A stretch of DNA of 64,000 bases, from positions 1 through 64,000 of the IMG/VR virus record IMGVR_UViG_3300046817_000745. One strand, written 5' to 3'. The notes below the pieces were generated by a model. That model had not been told where the DNA came from. It did no database searches and saw nothing but the letters and a program-made list of their open reading frames with translations. The position numbers were made by a program, and so were the translations under genes. The stretch comes from a virus. The first letter of the stretch is position 1; every line of letters begins with the position of its first letter. This document shows positions 9,058 to 18,430 of this stretch, in pieces.

Positions 9058-9355
9058 GATCGACGCACGCACCCGGCTGCGGATGGAGCGGCACAGGGCC
9101 GCGAGGGATGATTTCGCCTTCTGGATCTACCGGCTGGCGACCGCAGCCCTGGCCGAACAGGACGCCGAGATCGCCCGGCTCAAGGACGAGCTGGCGGACG
9201 CGCAGCACCGCCCGGTGCTGCACGCTACGGGGATGCAGTGCGAGAAGATCATCGCATCGGGCGAGGCCGACGGCGAGCTGCCGGGCACACTGCTGCGCTC
9301 GACCGACGACACACGCAGCTGGGAGCGCACGGCGGTAGGCTGGCAAATACGGTGA
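9050..9355 (+). CDS. Hypothetical protein with short coiled coil
   Basis: Last ORF before hairpin; overlaps upstream gene. Confidence 0.6.
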   Translation: MTEIDARTRLRMERHRAARDDFAFWIYRLATAALAEQDAEIARLKDELADAQHRPVLHATGMQCEKIIASGEADGELPGTLLRSTDDTRSWERTAVGWQIR

Positions 9356-9367
9356 GGTCGACGGTCA

Positions 9368-9402
9368 AAGGCCCGGGCTGCTCTCAAGAGCGCCCGGGCC
9401 TT
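9368..9402 (+). terminator. Stem-loop terminator
   Basis: AAGGCCCGGGC/GCCCGGGCCTT inverted repeat at end of accessory operon. Confidence 0.7.
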
Positions 9403-9490
9403 CGCCGTGTCGTGCGCCTCTGGTATCCGCCACCTCGTCCGCAGTACGCTACCCGCGTATACCACTTGTCGTCAGATATGGGGTTCGACC

Positions 9491-9769
9491 ATGGGGTTCG
9501 GAAACGTTGTCAACGAGATCAAGCACATGCTCAGCGAGGTCACGGGCGAGGCGGCCCGTGCGGCGGAGGCGGCACTGACCGGTCTGGAGGCCGAGGCCGG
9601 CAAGGTGCAGGCCACCGTCAGCGATCTGCTGGCGCAGGCCAAGGCCGACGCCGAGGCGGCTGTGGCGGCTGCCGAGCCCGAGGTCAAGGCCGCCGTCAGC
9701 GAGCTGGTTACCAGGCTCGAGGCGGACATCCAGACCGCACTCGCCGCTCTGGCCGCGCACGGTCTCTGA
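9491..9769 (+). CDS. Ala/Glu-rich amphipathic helical protein
   Basis: 92-aa all-helical ORF directly before endolysin. Confidence 0.7.
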   Translation: MGFGNVVNEIKHMLSEVTGEAARAAEAALTGLEAEAGKVQATVSDLLAQAKADAEAAVAAAEPEVKAAVSELVTRLEADIQTALAALAAHGL

Positions 9770-9775
9770 GCTGCG

Positions 9776-10714
9776 ATGCCTGTCTACGCACGCGGTATCG
9801 ACTACGCGTGGCAGCACCCCAACATGCAAGCGATCAAGGACGCCGGGTACGACTACATCATCCGGTACTACTCACGTGATCCAAGCAAGAACCTGACCCG
9901 CGCCGAGGCCGATAGTGCAGCCAAGGTCGGCCTGTGGGTCGTCGGGAACTGGGAGCACACCGCGAACGACGCGCTCGGCGGCCACAGCGCAGGAGTCGCG
10001 AACGCACGCCTGGCCAGGTCGCTCGCCGATGCCTGCAGACAGCCGCTGACCCGGCCGATCTATGAGAGCGACGACTTCGACGTCACCCCCGAGCAGGAAG
10101 CCATCGTCACCGAGTACCTGCGTGGCTGGGACTCAGTCATCGGCGTCGCCGAGGTCGGCGAATACGCGGGCTTCTACCCGCTGCGCGCGCAGCGCGACGC
10201 GGGCGTGACATCGTGGGAGTGGCAGCCGCGGGCGTGGTCCGGCGGCCAGTGGGAGCCGCGGGTGAACATCCGCCAGGTCGGCACCGCGATCGTCGGCGGC
10301 GTCGAGGTGGACGTCAATGAGGCGTGGACAGCGGATTATGGGCAGTGGCGCCCGAATGTGGATCCTTTCGCGCCGATCCCGGCTCCAATTACGTCGAAGG
10401 AGATTGATATGGCACGACTGTTCGACGTCCAAGCGGACCCGGCGAACGCCGCGAACGCCCCCGGCATCTGGGCCGCGGTGGAGGGTGTGGGCTACTTCCA
10501 CGTGACGGACACGACCGAGCTGCCCACGTATCGGGCCGGGGGCACGCCGGAGGGGCCGGTGAGCTACGCGCAGCACCTGACGATGCTGGCAGCGTCAGCG
10601 AAGATCACCCTGTCGGATGCACAGGTCGCGACGCTGGGCGCGGCGATTGCGGCCGGGCTGCCGACACACATCACCGGCACCCAGACCACAACGGTTTCCG
10701 AGACGCTGGACTAG
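9776..10714 (+). CDS. Endolysin, DUF1906 (GH25-like) glycoside hydrolase
   Basis: GIDYA, IIRYY, KNLT..EA, PIY..DFD, VDVN motifs; separate C-terminal domain. Confidence 0.85.
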   Translation: MPVYARGIDYAWQHPNMQAIKDAGYDYIIRYYSRDPSKNLTRAEADSAAKVGLWVVGNWEHTANDALGGHSAGVANARLARSLADACRQPLTRPIYESDDFDVTPEQEAIVTEYLRGWDSVIGVAEVGEYAGFYPLRAQRDAGVTSWEWQPRAWSGGQWEPRVNIRQVGTAIVGGVEVDVNEAWTADYGQWRPNVDPFAPIPAPITSKEIDMARLFDVQADPANAANAPGIWAAVEGVGYFHVTDTTELPTYRAGGTPEGPVSYAQHLTMLAASAKITLSDAQVATLGAAIAAGLPTHITGTQTTTVSETLD

Positions 10715-10766
10715 CAGCTGCGCGGTCTCGGACTGTCCCCCGATTACATGATCTGAGAGGGCTTCG

Positions 10767-11723
10767 ATGCCACACACACCTCGGCACGGCATGTACGGAC
10801 GGCTGCCGGGCGACCCGACCCGGCCGCGGATGCGCCTGTCCCGCTCATTGACCGGGGTCGTGCCCGCGTATCCGACCGCCGTCGACTACCTCGACCGGCT
10901 GCGCAACTGGCAGATGCTGGGAAACGACCAGTACGGGGACTGCGTAGCCGTCACGTGGAGCAACCTGCGCCGGCTGACCACCGCCTGGCTGGCCACCGAG
11001 ACGTACCCGTCGCTGTCGCAGGTGGAATCGCTGTACAAGACGCAGAACCCCGGGTTCCCGTCGCAGGACGACGGCATGGACATCCAGACGTGCTTGGAGT
11101 ACCTGGCCAAGACGGGCGGCCCGGACGGTGTCAAGGCGCTCGGCTTCGCCGCGGTCGACCACACCAACCCGGCCGAGGTCAAGGCCGCCATCGCCCTGTT
11201 CGGTGCGGTGTGGGTCGGCTTCGACGTGCTCTCGGCCAACGAAACCGAGTTCGACAGCGGCCAGCCGTGGGACTACGTGTCCGGATCGCCCGACGTCGGC
11301 GGCCACTCGGTGCTGGTCGGCGGGTACGGCGCGAGTGGGACAGGGCAGCTCGGAGGTGACGAGCGGTTCATCACCTGGGCGCAGGAGACCAGTTTCACGG
11401 ACAGGTTCTGGTCCAAGCAGGTCTCAGAGTGCTGGGCTGTCATCTGGCCCGAGCACCTGGGGTCGGCGGATTTCCTGGCCGGAGTCGACCTGCAGCAGCT
11501 CGCCACCGACTACACAGAGATCACCGGCCAGCCGTTCCCGGCACCGGTGCCGCCGGCCCCGGGGCCTCCCCCGCCCCCGCCCGCTCCGGGGCCGGCGCCC
11601 GGCCCCACGCCTCCGCCGGTGCCGCCGCAGCCTCCGGTCCCGGCACCCCCGGGTGCCATCGCGTGGCTGATCCAGCTCCTGGAGCACCTGATCAAGATTC
11701 TGAATCAGTGGGCCGGCCAGTGA
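10767..11723 (+). CDS. Papain-like cysteine peptidase with Pro-rich tail
   Basis: MLGNDQYGDC (Cys), GGHSVLVGGY (His), FITW; Pro linker and amphipathic C-terminal helix. Confidence 0.75.
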   Translation: MPHTPRHGMYGRLPGDPTRPRMRLSRSLTGVVPAYPTAVDYLDRLRNWQMLGNDQYGDCVAVTWSNLRRLTTAWLATETYPSLSQVESLYKTQNPGFPSQDDGMDIQTCLEYLAKTGGPDGVKALGFAAVDHTNPAEVKAAIALFGAVWVGFDVLSANETEFDSGQPWDYVSGSPDVGGHSVLVGGYGASGTGQLGGDERFITWAQETSFTDRFWSKQVSECWAVIWPEHLGSADFLAGVDLQQLATDYTEITGQPFPAPVPPAPGPPPPPPAPGPAPGPTPPPVPPQPPVPAPPGAIAWLIQLLEHLIKILNQWAGQ

Positions 11724-12280
11724 CGATCCCGGTCTTCGCCCCCGGGGACGTCTGGGCGGTGGACGCACCCGGATTCGGACGTATCCCGATCATCCTCGGG
11801 TCGTGGTTGACCGGGCACCCTGCACCCACCGATCACGTCGTCACCGTCCACCACCAGGACAAGAATGGCGTGTGGTGGGGCATCGAGGGGCGTCCGTCCG
11901 GCGTCGGCTGGGTCGACATGTCCAGCTACTTCGCCACCAGGGCGCAGTTGCGCGCAGCGCGCGGCAACGTCCGCCAGCCACGCACGGACGCGCAGCGAGC
12001 AGCCGTCTGCAAGCTGATGGAGGGCCTGCTCGGCACGAGCTACGACTGGGTCGGTGGGATCGTCGCCGACTTCGACACCGCGCTGCACGCCGGGGAACTG
12101 GCCAAGTTGATCGATCACTGGTGGGGGTGGGACAACGGCGCCGCACAGCCCGCCCACGTGGTCTGTTCCAGTGCGGCGGCGTGGGCATATCGGAACCTGG
12201 GGCTCGTATCCCCGCCGGTGGGGAACGCCGAGCTGGTCACGCCCGCCGACTGGTGGCGGTTCAACGGACAATGGCAGTAG
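11720..12280 (+). CDS. Permuted papain-like NlpC/P60 amidase-like protein
   Basis: His (TDHV) before Cys (VCSS), G..YDW and VTPAD motifs; GTGA overlap. Confidence 0.7.
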   Translation: MTIPVFAPGDVWAVDAPGFGRIPIILGSWLTGHPAPTDHVVTVHHQDKNGVWWGIEGRPSGVGWVDMSSYFATRAQLRAARGNVRQPRTDAQRAAVCKLMEGLLGTSYDWVGGIVADFDTALHAGELAKLIDHWWGWDNGAAQPAHVVCSSAAAWAYRNLGLVSPPVGNAELVTPADWWRFNGQWQ

Positions 12281-12296
12281 AGAGGGATCGAACACC

Positions 12297-12626
12297 ATGA
12301 GCGGGCAGTACACCGACGAGCAGCTCGAGGCGGACCACCTCGCGACCGGGCACACCGCACCGCGGATCACCCCCGAGCACGTGGACGAGATGATCGCCCA
12401 CGTGCGTTTCTGGCAGCCCGAGGGCACCACGATGACCGTCTGCCTGTTGGAGCTGGTGAACGGGTTCCAGACCATCGGGTACTCCGCCGCGGCCAGCTCG
12501 GACAACTTCGACGTGGAGATCGGCCGCAACCTTGCCCGCGAGCACGCCCGCAGTCAGATCTGGGTCCTCGAGGGCTACCTGCTGCGCCAGCAGCTGCACG
12601 ACCAGGAAACTCAGCAGAAGGTGTAA
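12297..12626 (+). CDS. Gp49 (N4 gp49/Sf6 gp66) family protein, candidate nucleotide-signal sponge
   Basis: PRIT...V, TVC...L.NGF...G.SA....NFD.EIG, IW.LEGYLL. Confidence 0.85.
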   Translation: MSGQYTDEQLEADHLATGHTAPRITPEHVDEMIAHVRFWQPEGTTMTVCLLELVNGFQTIGYSAAASSDNFDVEIGRNLAREHARSQIWVLEGYLLRQQLHDQETQQKV

Positions 12627-12629
12627 CCG

Positions 12630-12881
12630 GTGACGACGCTGAACGGCGAGATCGCGCGCAGTGAGCCCGGCAAGCTGAACGAGCAGCTGGCCGGGAAGGT
12701 CTGGCTCACGCAGAAACGGGGCGAGTGGCCTGTCACGCTGTGGACGAACGCCAGTGGCGTCCTTCACTGGCTGGCCGACAACCCCGACGGATCTGCGTGG
12801 GAGTACGAGATCACGCCGACCCGCCGGGTGCAGGCCGTTCGGCCGGAGCCCTATCTGCAGGAGGCAGTCAATGACGGATGA
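12630..12881 (+). CDS. Hypothetical protein
   Basis: Packed ORF between Gp49 and PLD genes. Confidence 0.6.
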   Translation: MTTLNGEIARSEPGKLNEQLAGKVWLTQKRGEWPVTLWTNASGVLHWLADNPDGSAWEYEITPTRRVQAVRPEPYLQEAVNDG

Positions 12882-13503
12882 CGCGCGCATCGCCGAGTTC
12901 GGTGCGTTCACGCCCGAGGGGCGGCTCACGCCCGGCTACGGCGACCACTACCTGTTCTTCGTCGGGCGCGACGACGTGCACGGCATCCTACTCAAGATGC
13001 TCACCGCCGAGACCCTCGGGCTCAAGCTGAACATGTTCGGGTACGACGACGACGCGCTCAACGACGCGATCCTCACGCTGCTGCAGAACCCGAACGTGCG
13101 CGTGCAGGGCACCCTGGACAAGTCGCAGTCCGGTGGCGTGCACGAGCGCGCGATCCTCGAGCACGACGCGGCCAACGATCCTGCGTTCTTCAACTCGTTC
13201 GTGGTCGGCCAGTCGGCGACACACCAGATCAGCCATACCAAGGGCGGTGTCCTGCTCGGACAGGGACTCGGCTTCGAGGGATCCACCAACTGGTCGGCAT
13301 CGGGTGAAGGCACCGGAATCAAGCTCGACCCGTCACAGAAGCCGGCTCCCGGCTTCAAGGCGCAGAACAACACGCTGTTGGTGTCGGCCAACCCGGTGTT
13401 CCTGTCCCGGTTCGGCGCCCGGCTGGACACCGAACACATCGCGGCGGTGCAACAGCAGCACCTGAACATGCTAAACAAGGTGCTGTCCGATCGGGCACAC
13501 TGA
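12871..13503 (+). CDS. Single-domain phospholipase D/Nuc-family protein
   Basis: HTK and GSTNWS, QNN; GGAGG RBS; canonical Asp of HxKxxxxD absent. Confidence 0.8.
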   Translation: MTDDARIAEFGAFTPEGRLTPGYGDHYLFFVGRDDVHGILLKMLTAETLGLKLNMFGYDDDALNDAILTLLQNPNVRVQGTLDKSQSGGVHERAILEHDAANDPAFFNSFVVGQSATHQISHTKGGVLLGQGLGFEGSTNWSASGEGTGIKLDPSQKPAPGFKAQNNTLLVSANPVFLSRFGARLDTEHIAAVQQQHLNMLNKVLSDRAH

Positions 13504-13733
13504 TGTTCCCTGAGCTGCACAGCGAGCTGAGCACCGATATCCCGCCCTACGACGTGCTCAGCCGGGCCCGGATGGCGGTCCGGCTGGTCGAGCGGATCAT
13601 GACGCAGCACGGAGACATCAGGTGCTGCCGGTGCTGGTTCTGCCTCGCGGCGCGCGACCTTGGCTGCCAGGTGCGCCCGGAGTTCGTCGGAGCCGAGCCG
13701 TTCGCACCACTCAGCACGCCCGTGGCACGCTGA
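13503..13733 (+). CDS. Hypothetical Cys-rich protein
   Basis: TGATG coupling; CCRCWFC. Confidence 0.5.
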   Translation: MFPELHSELSTDIPPYDVLSRARMAVRLVERIMTQHGDIRCCRCWFCLAARDLGCQVRPEFVGAEPFAPLSTPVAR

Positions 13734-13737
13734 GTCC

Positions 13738-15456
13738 GTGACAAGCCTGCTGAAAGAGTGGGCACGGCGGATGGACCCCGAGGTGGTCGTCGAATCCGCC
13801 TCGACCCGCTGGCGGCGCATCGCCCGCCCGGAGCAGCTGCTGCCCGAAGGCGACTGGCGGGTCATCTATTTTCAGGGCGGCCGGGGAAGCGGCAAGACGA
13901 GGTCGGGGTCCGCAGCCCTGGCAGAGCTGATCGAATCCGACCTTGAACTGGACCCGCCCGGGGAGTACGGCATCATCGCTCCCACGTACCGGGACGCCTG
14001 GACGGTGTGCGTCGAAGGCGAGGCGGGGATCCTGCGGGCGCTGGGCACCACGGCCGGTGAGGTCAAGCACGGGCTCTCGCGCACGGTCGACTACGCATAC
14101 CGCAGCTACGGGGAGATCGGCCTGCGCAGCGGGCACGTGATCTACGTCGACTCGGCCGACGACGGCGCACTGCGCGTGCAGGGCAAGAACCTGCGCGCGG
14201 CGTGGGGTGACGAGATCGGCCTGTGGAAACGCTGGCAGATCGCATGGGAGGAGTCGGTCCGGTTCGCCGTCCGCAAGGGCTCGTCGAAGATCATCGTCAC
14301 GGGCACGCCGAAGGCGTCCCGCCCGGCACGCAAGCTGGTGCGACGGCTGATCCGCGCCGGACGCGGCGATGACGAGTTCGGCGACGGTCCGGTGATCGTG
14401 CGTCGGTTGCGCACGATCGACAACATCCTCAACCTGTCCGAATCGTTCTTCCGATCGGTGGTCGGCGCGGCCAAAGGCACTCGGCTCGAACGCCAGGAGC
14501 TCGAGGGCGAGCTGCTCGACGACGTCGCCAATGCGTTGTGGACGCGCGAGATGCTCGAAGCCGCGCAGTGCCCCGGCGTCGGCGAGGAGGGCGGTCCCGA
14601 GTACCTGACATCGATCAAGATAGGCGTCGACCCGTCCGACGGCACCGAGGAGTCCGACGAACAGGCGTACACCATCGCCGGCCTCGGGCCGATGCGTGAT
14701 CAGGTCTACGTCATCGAGTCGTGGGGAGGGCAAGAGGCTCCGGCCCCGTTCGCCCGCCGGTTCCTGATCCGGGCGGCCGAGCTGGGCGCGACCGTCATCG
14801 TGGAGAAGAACCACGGCGGCAAGTGGATGATGCAGCTGATCGAGCAGATACAGCGCGCACTGCTCGAGGAGGGGGTCATCAAGAACCGGGTACCGGTGGA
14901 AGAGATCCACGCGAGCGAATCCAAACGCACTCGAGCCGAGCCGATATCCGGCCTGTACGAACGCGGCATCGTCAAGCACTGCCAGAAGGTGGCCCGGTTC
15001 CAGCTGGCGGATCCAGACACCGGCAAGCTGCAGTGGCGCGAAGAGGCGGAGCGGTTCACCGAACTCGAGGACCAGCAGGCGACATTCATCGGGGCAGCCG
15101 GCGAGCGCTCCCCCGACCGGCTCGACTCCCTGGTGTGGGCGTGCAGCCCGTTCCTGTCTCTGAGCTTCGGCCCAGTGACGCGCGCCCGGGTGGCCCAGTG
15201 GGTCCGCAGCGGAGGACAACTGGCGGACAGCGTGCCACTGGATCGCGACCGCGGCGGCGACCCGATCGCCGCGCCGGACCCGCAGGATGAACGTGTCGCG
15301 GTGCCGAGGGCGTTGCGGCGCCAGCAGCTCCAGGGTGCGGCCGCGGCTGGTGGCTTCGGCGAGCTGGACGCGTGGGGTCCGCAGGATCCCGACGATGCAC
15401 CTGAAAACGGCCGGCGCGGCAATGTGCACTCGTGGTCCGGATCGTCGCCGTTCTAG
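13738..15456 (+). CDS. terL: Terminase large subunit
   Basis: Walker A GGRGSGKT, Walker B WGDE, TGTP, RNase H-like IGVDP and SPDRLD. Confidence 0.95.
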   Translation: MTSLLKEWARRMDPEVVVESASTRWRRIARPEQLLPEGDWRVIYFQGGRGSGKTRSGSAALAELIESDLELDPPGEYGIIAPTYRDAWTVCVEGEAGILRALGTTAGEVKHGLSRTVDYAYRSYGEIGLRSGHVIYVDSADDGALRVQGKNLRAAWGDEIGLWKRWQIAWEESVRFAVRKGSSKIIVTGTPKASRPARKLVRRLIRAGRGDDEFGDGPVIVRRLRTIDNILNLSESFFRSVVGAAKGTRLERQELEGELLDDVANALWTREMLEAAQCPGVGEEGGPEYLTSIKIGVDPSDGTEESDEQAYTIAGLGPMRDQVYVIESWGGQEAPAPFARRFLIRAAELGATVIVEKNHGGKWMMQLIEQIQRALLEEGVIKNRVPVEEIHASESKRTRAEPISGLYERGIVKHCQKVARFQLADPDTGKLQWREEAERFTELEDQQATFIGAAGERSPDRLDSLVWACSPFLSLSFGPVTRARVAQWVRSGGQLADSVPLDRDRGGDPIAAPDPQDERVAVPRALRRQQLQGAAAAGGFGELDAWGPQDPDDAPENGRRGNVHSWSGSSPF

Positions 15457-15650
15457 CCGGTCGGCGTTACCCTGCAGACAGACGTTCTGATCAACGACGG
15501 GTTGGAGCTGCAATGCCGTGGTGCGGGTTCGTCGGGATGCTTGGGCTTCCTGTGCTGGAGAAGAAGACGCCGCCGAGGGTCAACTGCGGGCGAAAGCGCG
15601 GAGTGACCAAGAGCGTGAAGTCTCGCCGGAAGCGGTGAGCCGACCAGCAA

Positions 15651-15665
15651 TACTCTGCTGACAAG
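15651..15665 (+). promoter_or_regulatory. Putative -10 (TACTCT) with CTGCTGACAAG box upstream of portal
   Basis: Inverted copy of the repeated 11-bp box. Confidence 0.5.
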
Positions 15666-15685
15666 CGATCACCTCGAGGAGAGCC

Positions 15686-17266
15686 GTGGCCAAGGCGCAG
15701 GGCAGTGAGGCGTCCGACATGGGGAAGGTCTACGCCTTCCCGGACATCAAGCCCGCATCCAAGCGTGAGCTGCTCGGCAAAGAGCTGGGGACTCAGTTCG
15801 ACCTCGGCCAGCGGCTGTTCGCCTGGTACGGCGAGGGCGACGTCTTCGACTACGGCGAGTACACCGCGCGGGACATGAAAGCGATGTTCCGCCGGGACGG
15901 CATCTGCTCGGCCGTCGAATCGGTGCTCACCCTGCCGATCCGCGAAGCCGACTTCTCGATCGAGCCCGCCAGGGGCGATCAGGGCGAGGCCGAGTTCGCG
16001 CGCGGCGTGCTGCTGACTCCGGACACCGACGGCGGCATGATGACCCCCGCGCACGAGCTGGTCGGGCAGGTCACCAGCGCGCAGATATACCGCCGGGCGT
16101 TCTTCGAGAAGGTGTGGAAGGTCCGCGAGTCGGACGGAAAGATCGTGTACGACAAGATCGCGTTTCGCCCGCCCGCCACCTGCCAGGCACGGTACAACTC
16201 GCGCACCGCTGTCCCGAACGGCTTCCGCCAGCAGGTCTGGCTGTTCGGCGGCAACCTGATGCTCACCAAGGAACAGAAGGTCCCCGGCTACGTCGACATC
16301 CCGAAGGTCCGTTCCTTCATCCACACACACGGTAAGCACCGCGAGCCGCTGATCGGCGTGTCGGAGATGGACGTCAGCTACTGGGTGTATCAGACCAAGA
16401 TGAAGCTGCTGTTCCTCTGGTACTACTTCCTGGAGAACCAGGCGATGCAGCGCATCGTCGCGTACGGCCCCGGCCAGCCCGAGGCCAACGCAGCCGCCGA
16501 TGACATCTCCCAGCTCAAGGGTGCGGGCGTGGTCGGGCTCATCCACGCGCCCGACGGTAAGAAGGCGTTCGAGGTCATATCCCAGCCACCCGACGCCGGC
16601 AAGTTCTTCACCGAAGCCATGATGTTCCTGGAGGGCTGGCAGACGCAGAGCGTGCTGGCCGGATTCATGGGACTGGTCGGTGGCGCGACGGCCGGCAAAG
16701 GTGCGTACTCGCTCTCTCAGGATCAGAGCGCGTTCTACCTCAAGTCTCGCCAGGCCGTCGCGAAGGAGATCGCTGAATCGATCTCCTTCGACGTCATGCG
16801 CCCGCTGGTGCTGCTCAACTACGGCCCTGGCGCTGCCTTCCCCAACTGGAAGTTCGGCCCGCTGCAGGATGAACAGCTGCAAGCGCTGATCACCTTGTTC
16901 GGCACACTGGCGGCCGCGCCCGTGCTGCACATCCCCATGCCGGTGTTCGACCTGATCACCGAGCGGATGTCGACGATCCTGCAGCTGGACATCGACCAGG
17001 TGCACACCGCGCTGGTGTCCACTGCGCAGCAGCGCGCCGAGCAGCTGGCGTCCCAACCGCCTCCGGGCATGCCGCCCGCGGCCGCGGCGGGGCTCGGGCA
17101 GGTGCAGGGTCTAGTCGGCGCGGCGCAGAATCTGACCCGCCAGGCTGCACAGAAACAGGGCGGTGTGCCCGAAGGACTGCGCGGTGTGCCGTCCGGTGCG
17201 CCCGCGCCACCCCCGGCGCCGTCTCGCCTCGGTGCGGGCGGGCAGAATCCGCCAGGGCCGGCATGA
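15686..17266 (+). CDS. Portal protein (DUF935/Mu gp29-like)
   Basis: Follows terL, 526 aa, GAYSLS, LV.LNYG...P motifs. Confidence 0.85.
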   Translation: MAKAQGSEASDMGKVYAFPDIKPASKRELLGKELGTQFDLGQRLFAWYGEGDVFDYGEYTARDMKAMFRRDGICSAVESVLTLPIREADFSIEPARGDQGEAEFARGVLLTPDTDGGMMTPAHELVGQVTSAQIYRRAFFEKVWKVRESDGKIVYDKIAFRPPATCQARYNSRTAVPNGFRQQVWLFGGNLMLTKEQKVPGYVDIPKVRSFIHTHGKHREPLIGVSEMDVSYWVYQTKMKLLFLWYYFLENQAMQRIVAYGPGQPEANAAADDISQLKGAGVVGLIHAPDGKKAFEVISQPPDAGKFFTEAMMFLEGWQTQSVLAGFMGLVGGATAGKGAYSLSQDQSAFYLKSRQAVAKEIAESISFDVMRPLVLLNYGPGAAFPNWKFGPLQDEQLQALITLFGTLAAAPVLHIPMPVFDLITERMSTILQLDIDQVHTALVSTAQQRAEQLASQPPPGMPPAAAAGLGQVQGLVGAAQNLTRQAAQKQGGVPEGLRGVPSGAPAPPPAPSRLGAGGQNPPGPA

Positions 17267-17970
17267 CCACCCCGACGCAGCAGCCCGCCGCACAGCCGCC
17301 GCAGCAGACGGGTCCGAGCGATGCGGATCTGGCCGCCGCTGCTGCGGCGGCACTCGCGGCCGCGATCACCGTCCCGGCCGTCACCGCACTTCTCGCGGGG
17401 CTGTACGCCAAAGCGGGTTTCGAGCGGCCGGCGCTGCAGTCGGCGCTACAGATCATCATGGCGATGCCTCCCGAGGCGACCGGGATCGCTGGGCCGGCCA
17501 CCGCGCAGGTCGCCTACCTCAACCAGGTCCGTCGCGGGCAGATGGTCGTGTCGATCGGCCGAAGGCTGACAGGTGACATACGCAGCGCACGGTCGGAGGG
17601 CCGCAGCGTGGTCACCGCACTGCTGAACGGCGTGACGCGCGAACGCCGCTACTTCGGGATGCACCGGGACGCGATCTGGTCCCGCGCGCAGGCGGCCATG
17701 GCCGTCGACATGGCGGCTCTGCAGTACGGTCTGCTGCTCGGCTGGCATACCCACCGGGATGACCGGACCACGCCGGAGTGCCTGGCGGCTGACGGGAAAA
17801 ACTTCCGCGCCGACTCGATGCCGTTGATCGGCTTCCCGGGCGCGACGCACTCCAAGTGCCGCTGCAAGCCGGTCGCGCCATACCCCGGCGCGCCGCTGTT
17901 GCCGTCGGCGGGCAACACCCCGGCGCGCACTGTCCGGTTGCAGCGTCGGATGGCGCGCAGGATGTCGTAA
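17263..17970 (+). CDS. Head morphogenesis (MuF/SPP1 gp7-like) protein
   Basis: W....DDRTT.EC...DG and H..CRC motifs after portal. Confidence 0.8.
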   Translation: MTTPTQQPAAQPPQQTGPSDADLAAAAAAALAAAITVPAVTALLAGLYAKAGFERPALQSALQIIMAMPPEATGIAGPATAQVAYLNQVRRGQMVVSIGRRLTGDIRSARSEGRSVVTALLNGVTRERRYFGMHRDAIWSRAQAAMAVDMAALQYGLLLGWHTHRDDRTTPECLAADGKNFRADSMPLIGFPGATHSKCRCKPVAPYPGAPLLPSAGNTPARTVRLQRRMARRMS

Positions 17971-17980
17971 GGAGGCGGGC

Positions 17981-18430
17981 ATGGAAGATCAGATGCGCCA
18001 GTACGCACCCTACCCGGCAGAGCTGGCAGATCTCGTGGCAGGGCTGAAGTACAAGTCCGAGGACGGGTGGACGTCCGGATTGGTCGACGTCGAACGCGAC
18101 CACGCCGGGGTGCACACCGGCCCGGCCGGAGGGCTGACGCTGGTCATCGTCCGGGTGGGGCCGGACACCTACGACCACGGGCGCATCCTGCGGGTCGGGC
18201 ACTACTTCCCGGTCCCGGCCGCCACGTACGATCGCCGATCCTGGCAACGCTGGCTGTTCGAGCGCGTCCGGGACGTGGAGACCCACGAGGCCATGGAGCA
18301 CTTCGTCATCGACGGCAAGCGGCCTTACGCGCCCAGCCACGGCCCGGGCAACGACCCGTACATGGTCCGCGAGACGGGCACCGACATGGATCGCAGGACC
18401 GCGTACACCGGAGAGGTGAACCCGGCATGA
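17981..18430 (+). CDS. Hypothetical protein with HExxE motif
   Basis: AAGGAGG RBS; ETHEAMEHF. Confidence 0.75.
   Translation: MEDQMRQYAPYPAELADLVAGLKYKSEDGWTSGLVDVERDHAGVHTGPAGGLTLVIVRVGPDTYDHGRILRVGHYFPVPAATYDRRSWQRWLFERVRDVETHEAMEHFVIDGKRPYAPSHGPGNDPYMVRETGTDMDRRTAYTGEVNPA

Noticed and set aside
9478-9500. Tandem ATGGGGTTCG duplication at a gene start
   Set aside because: Only two copies; no function can be inferred
15432-15638. Short basic ORF between terL and portal
   Set aside because: No RBS or recognisable motif; cannot be supported
13711-17056. 600-aa and 521-aa minus-strand ORFs
   Set aside because: Shadows of terminase and portal genes
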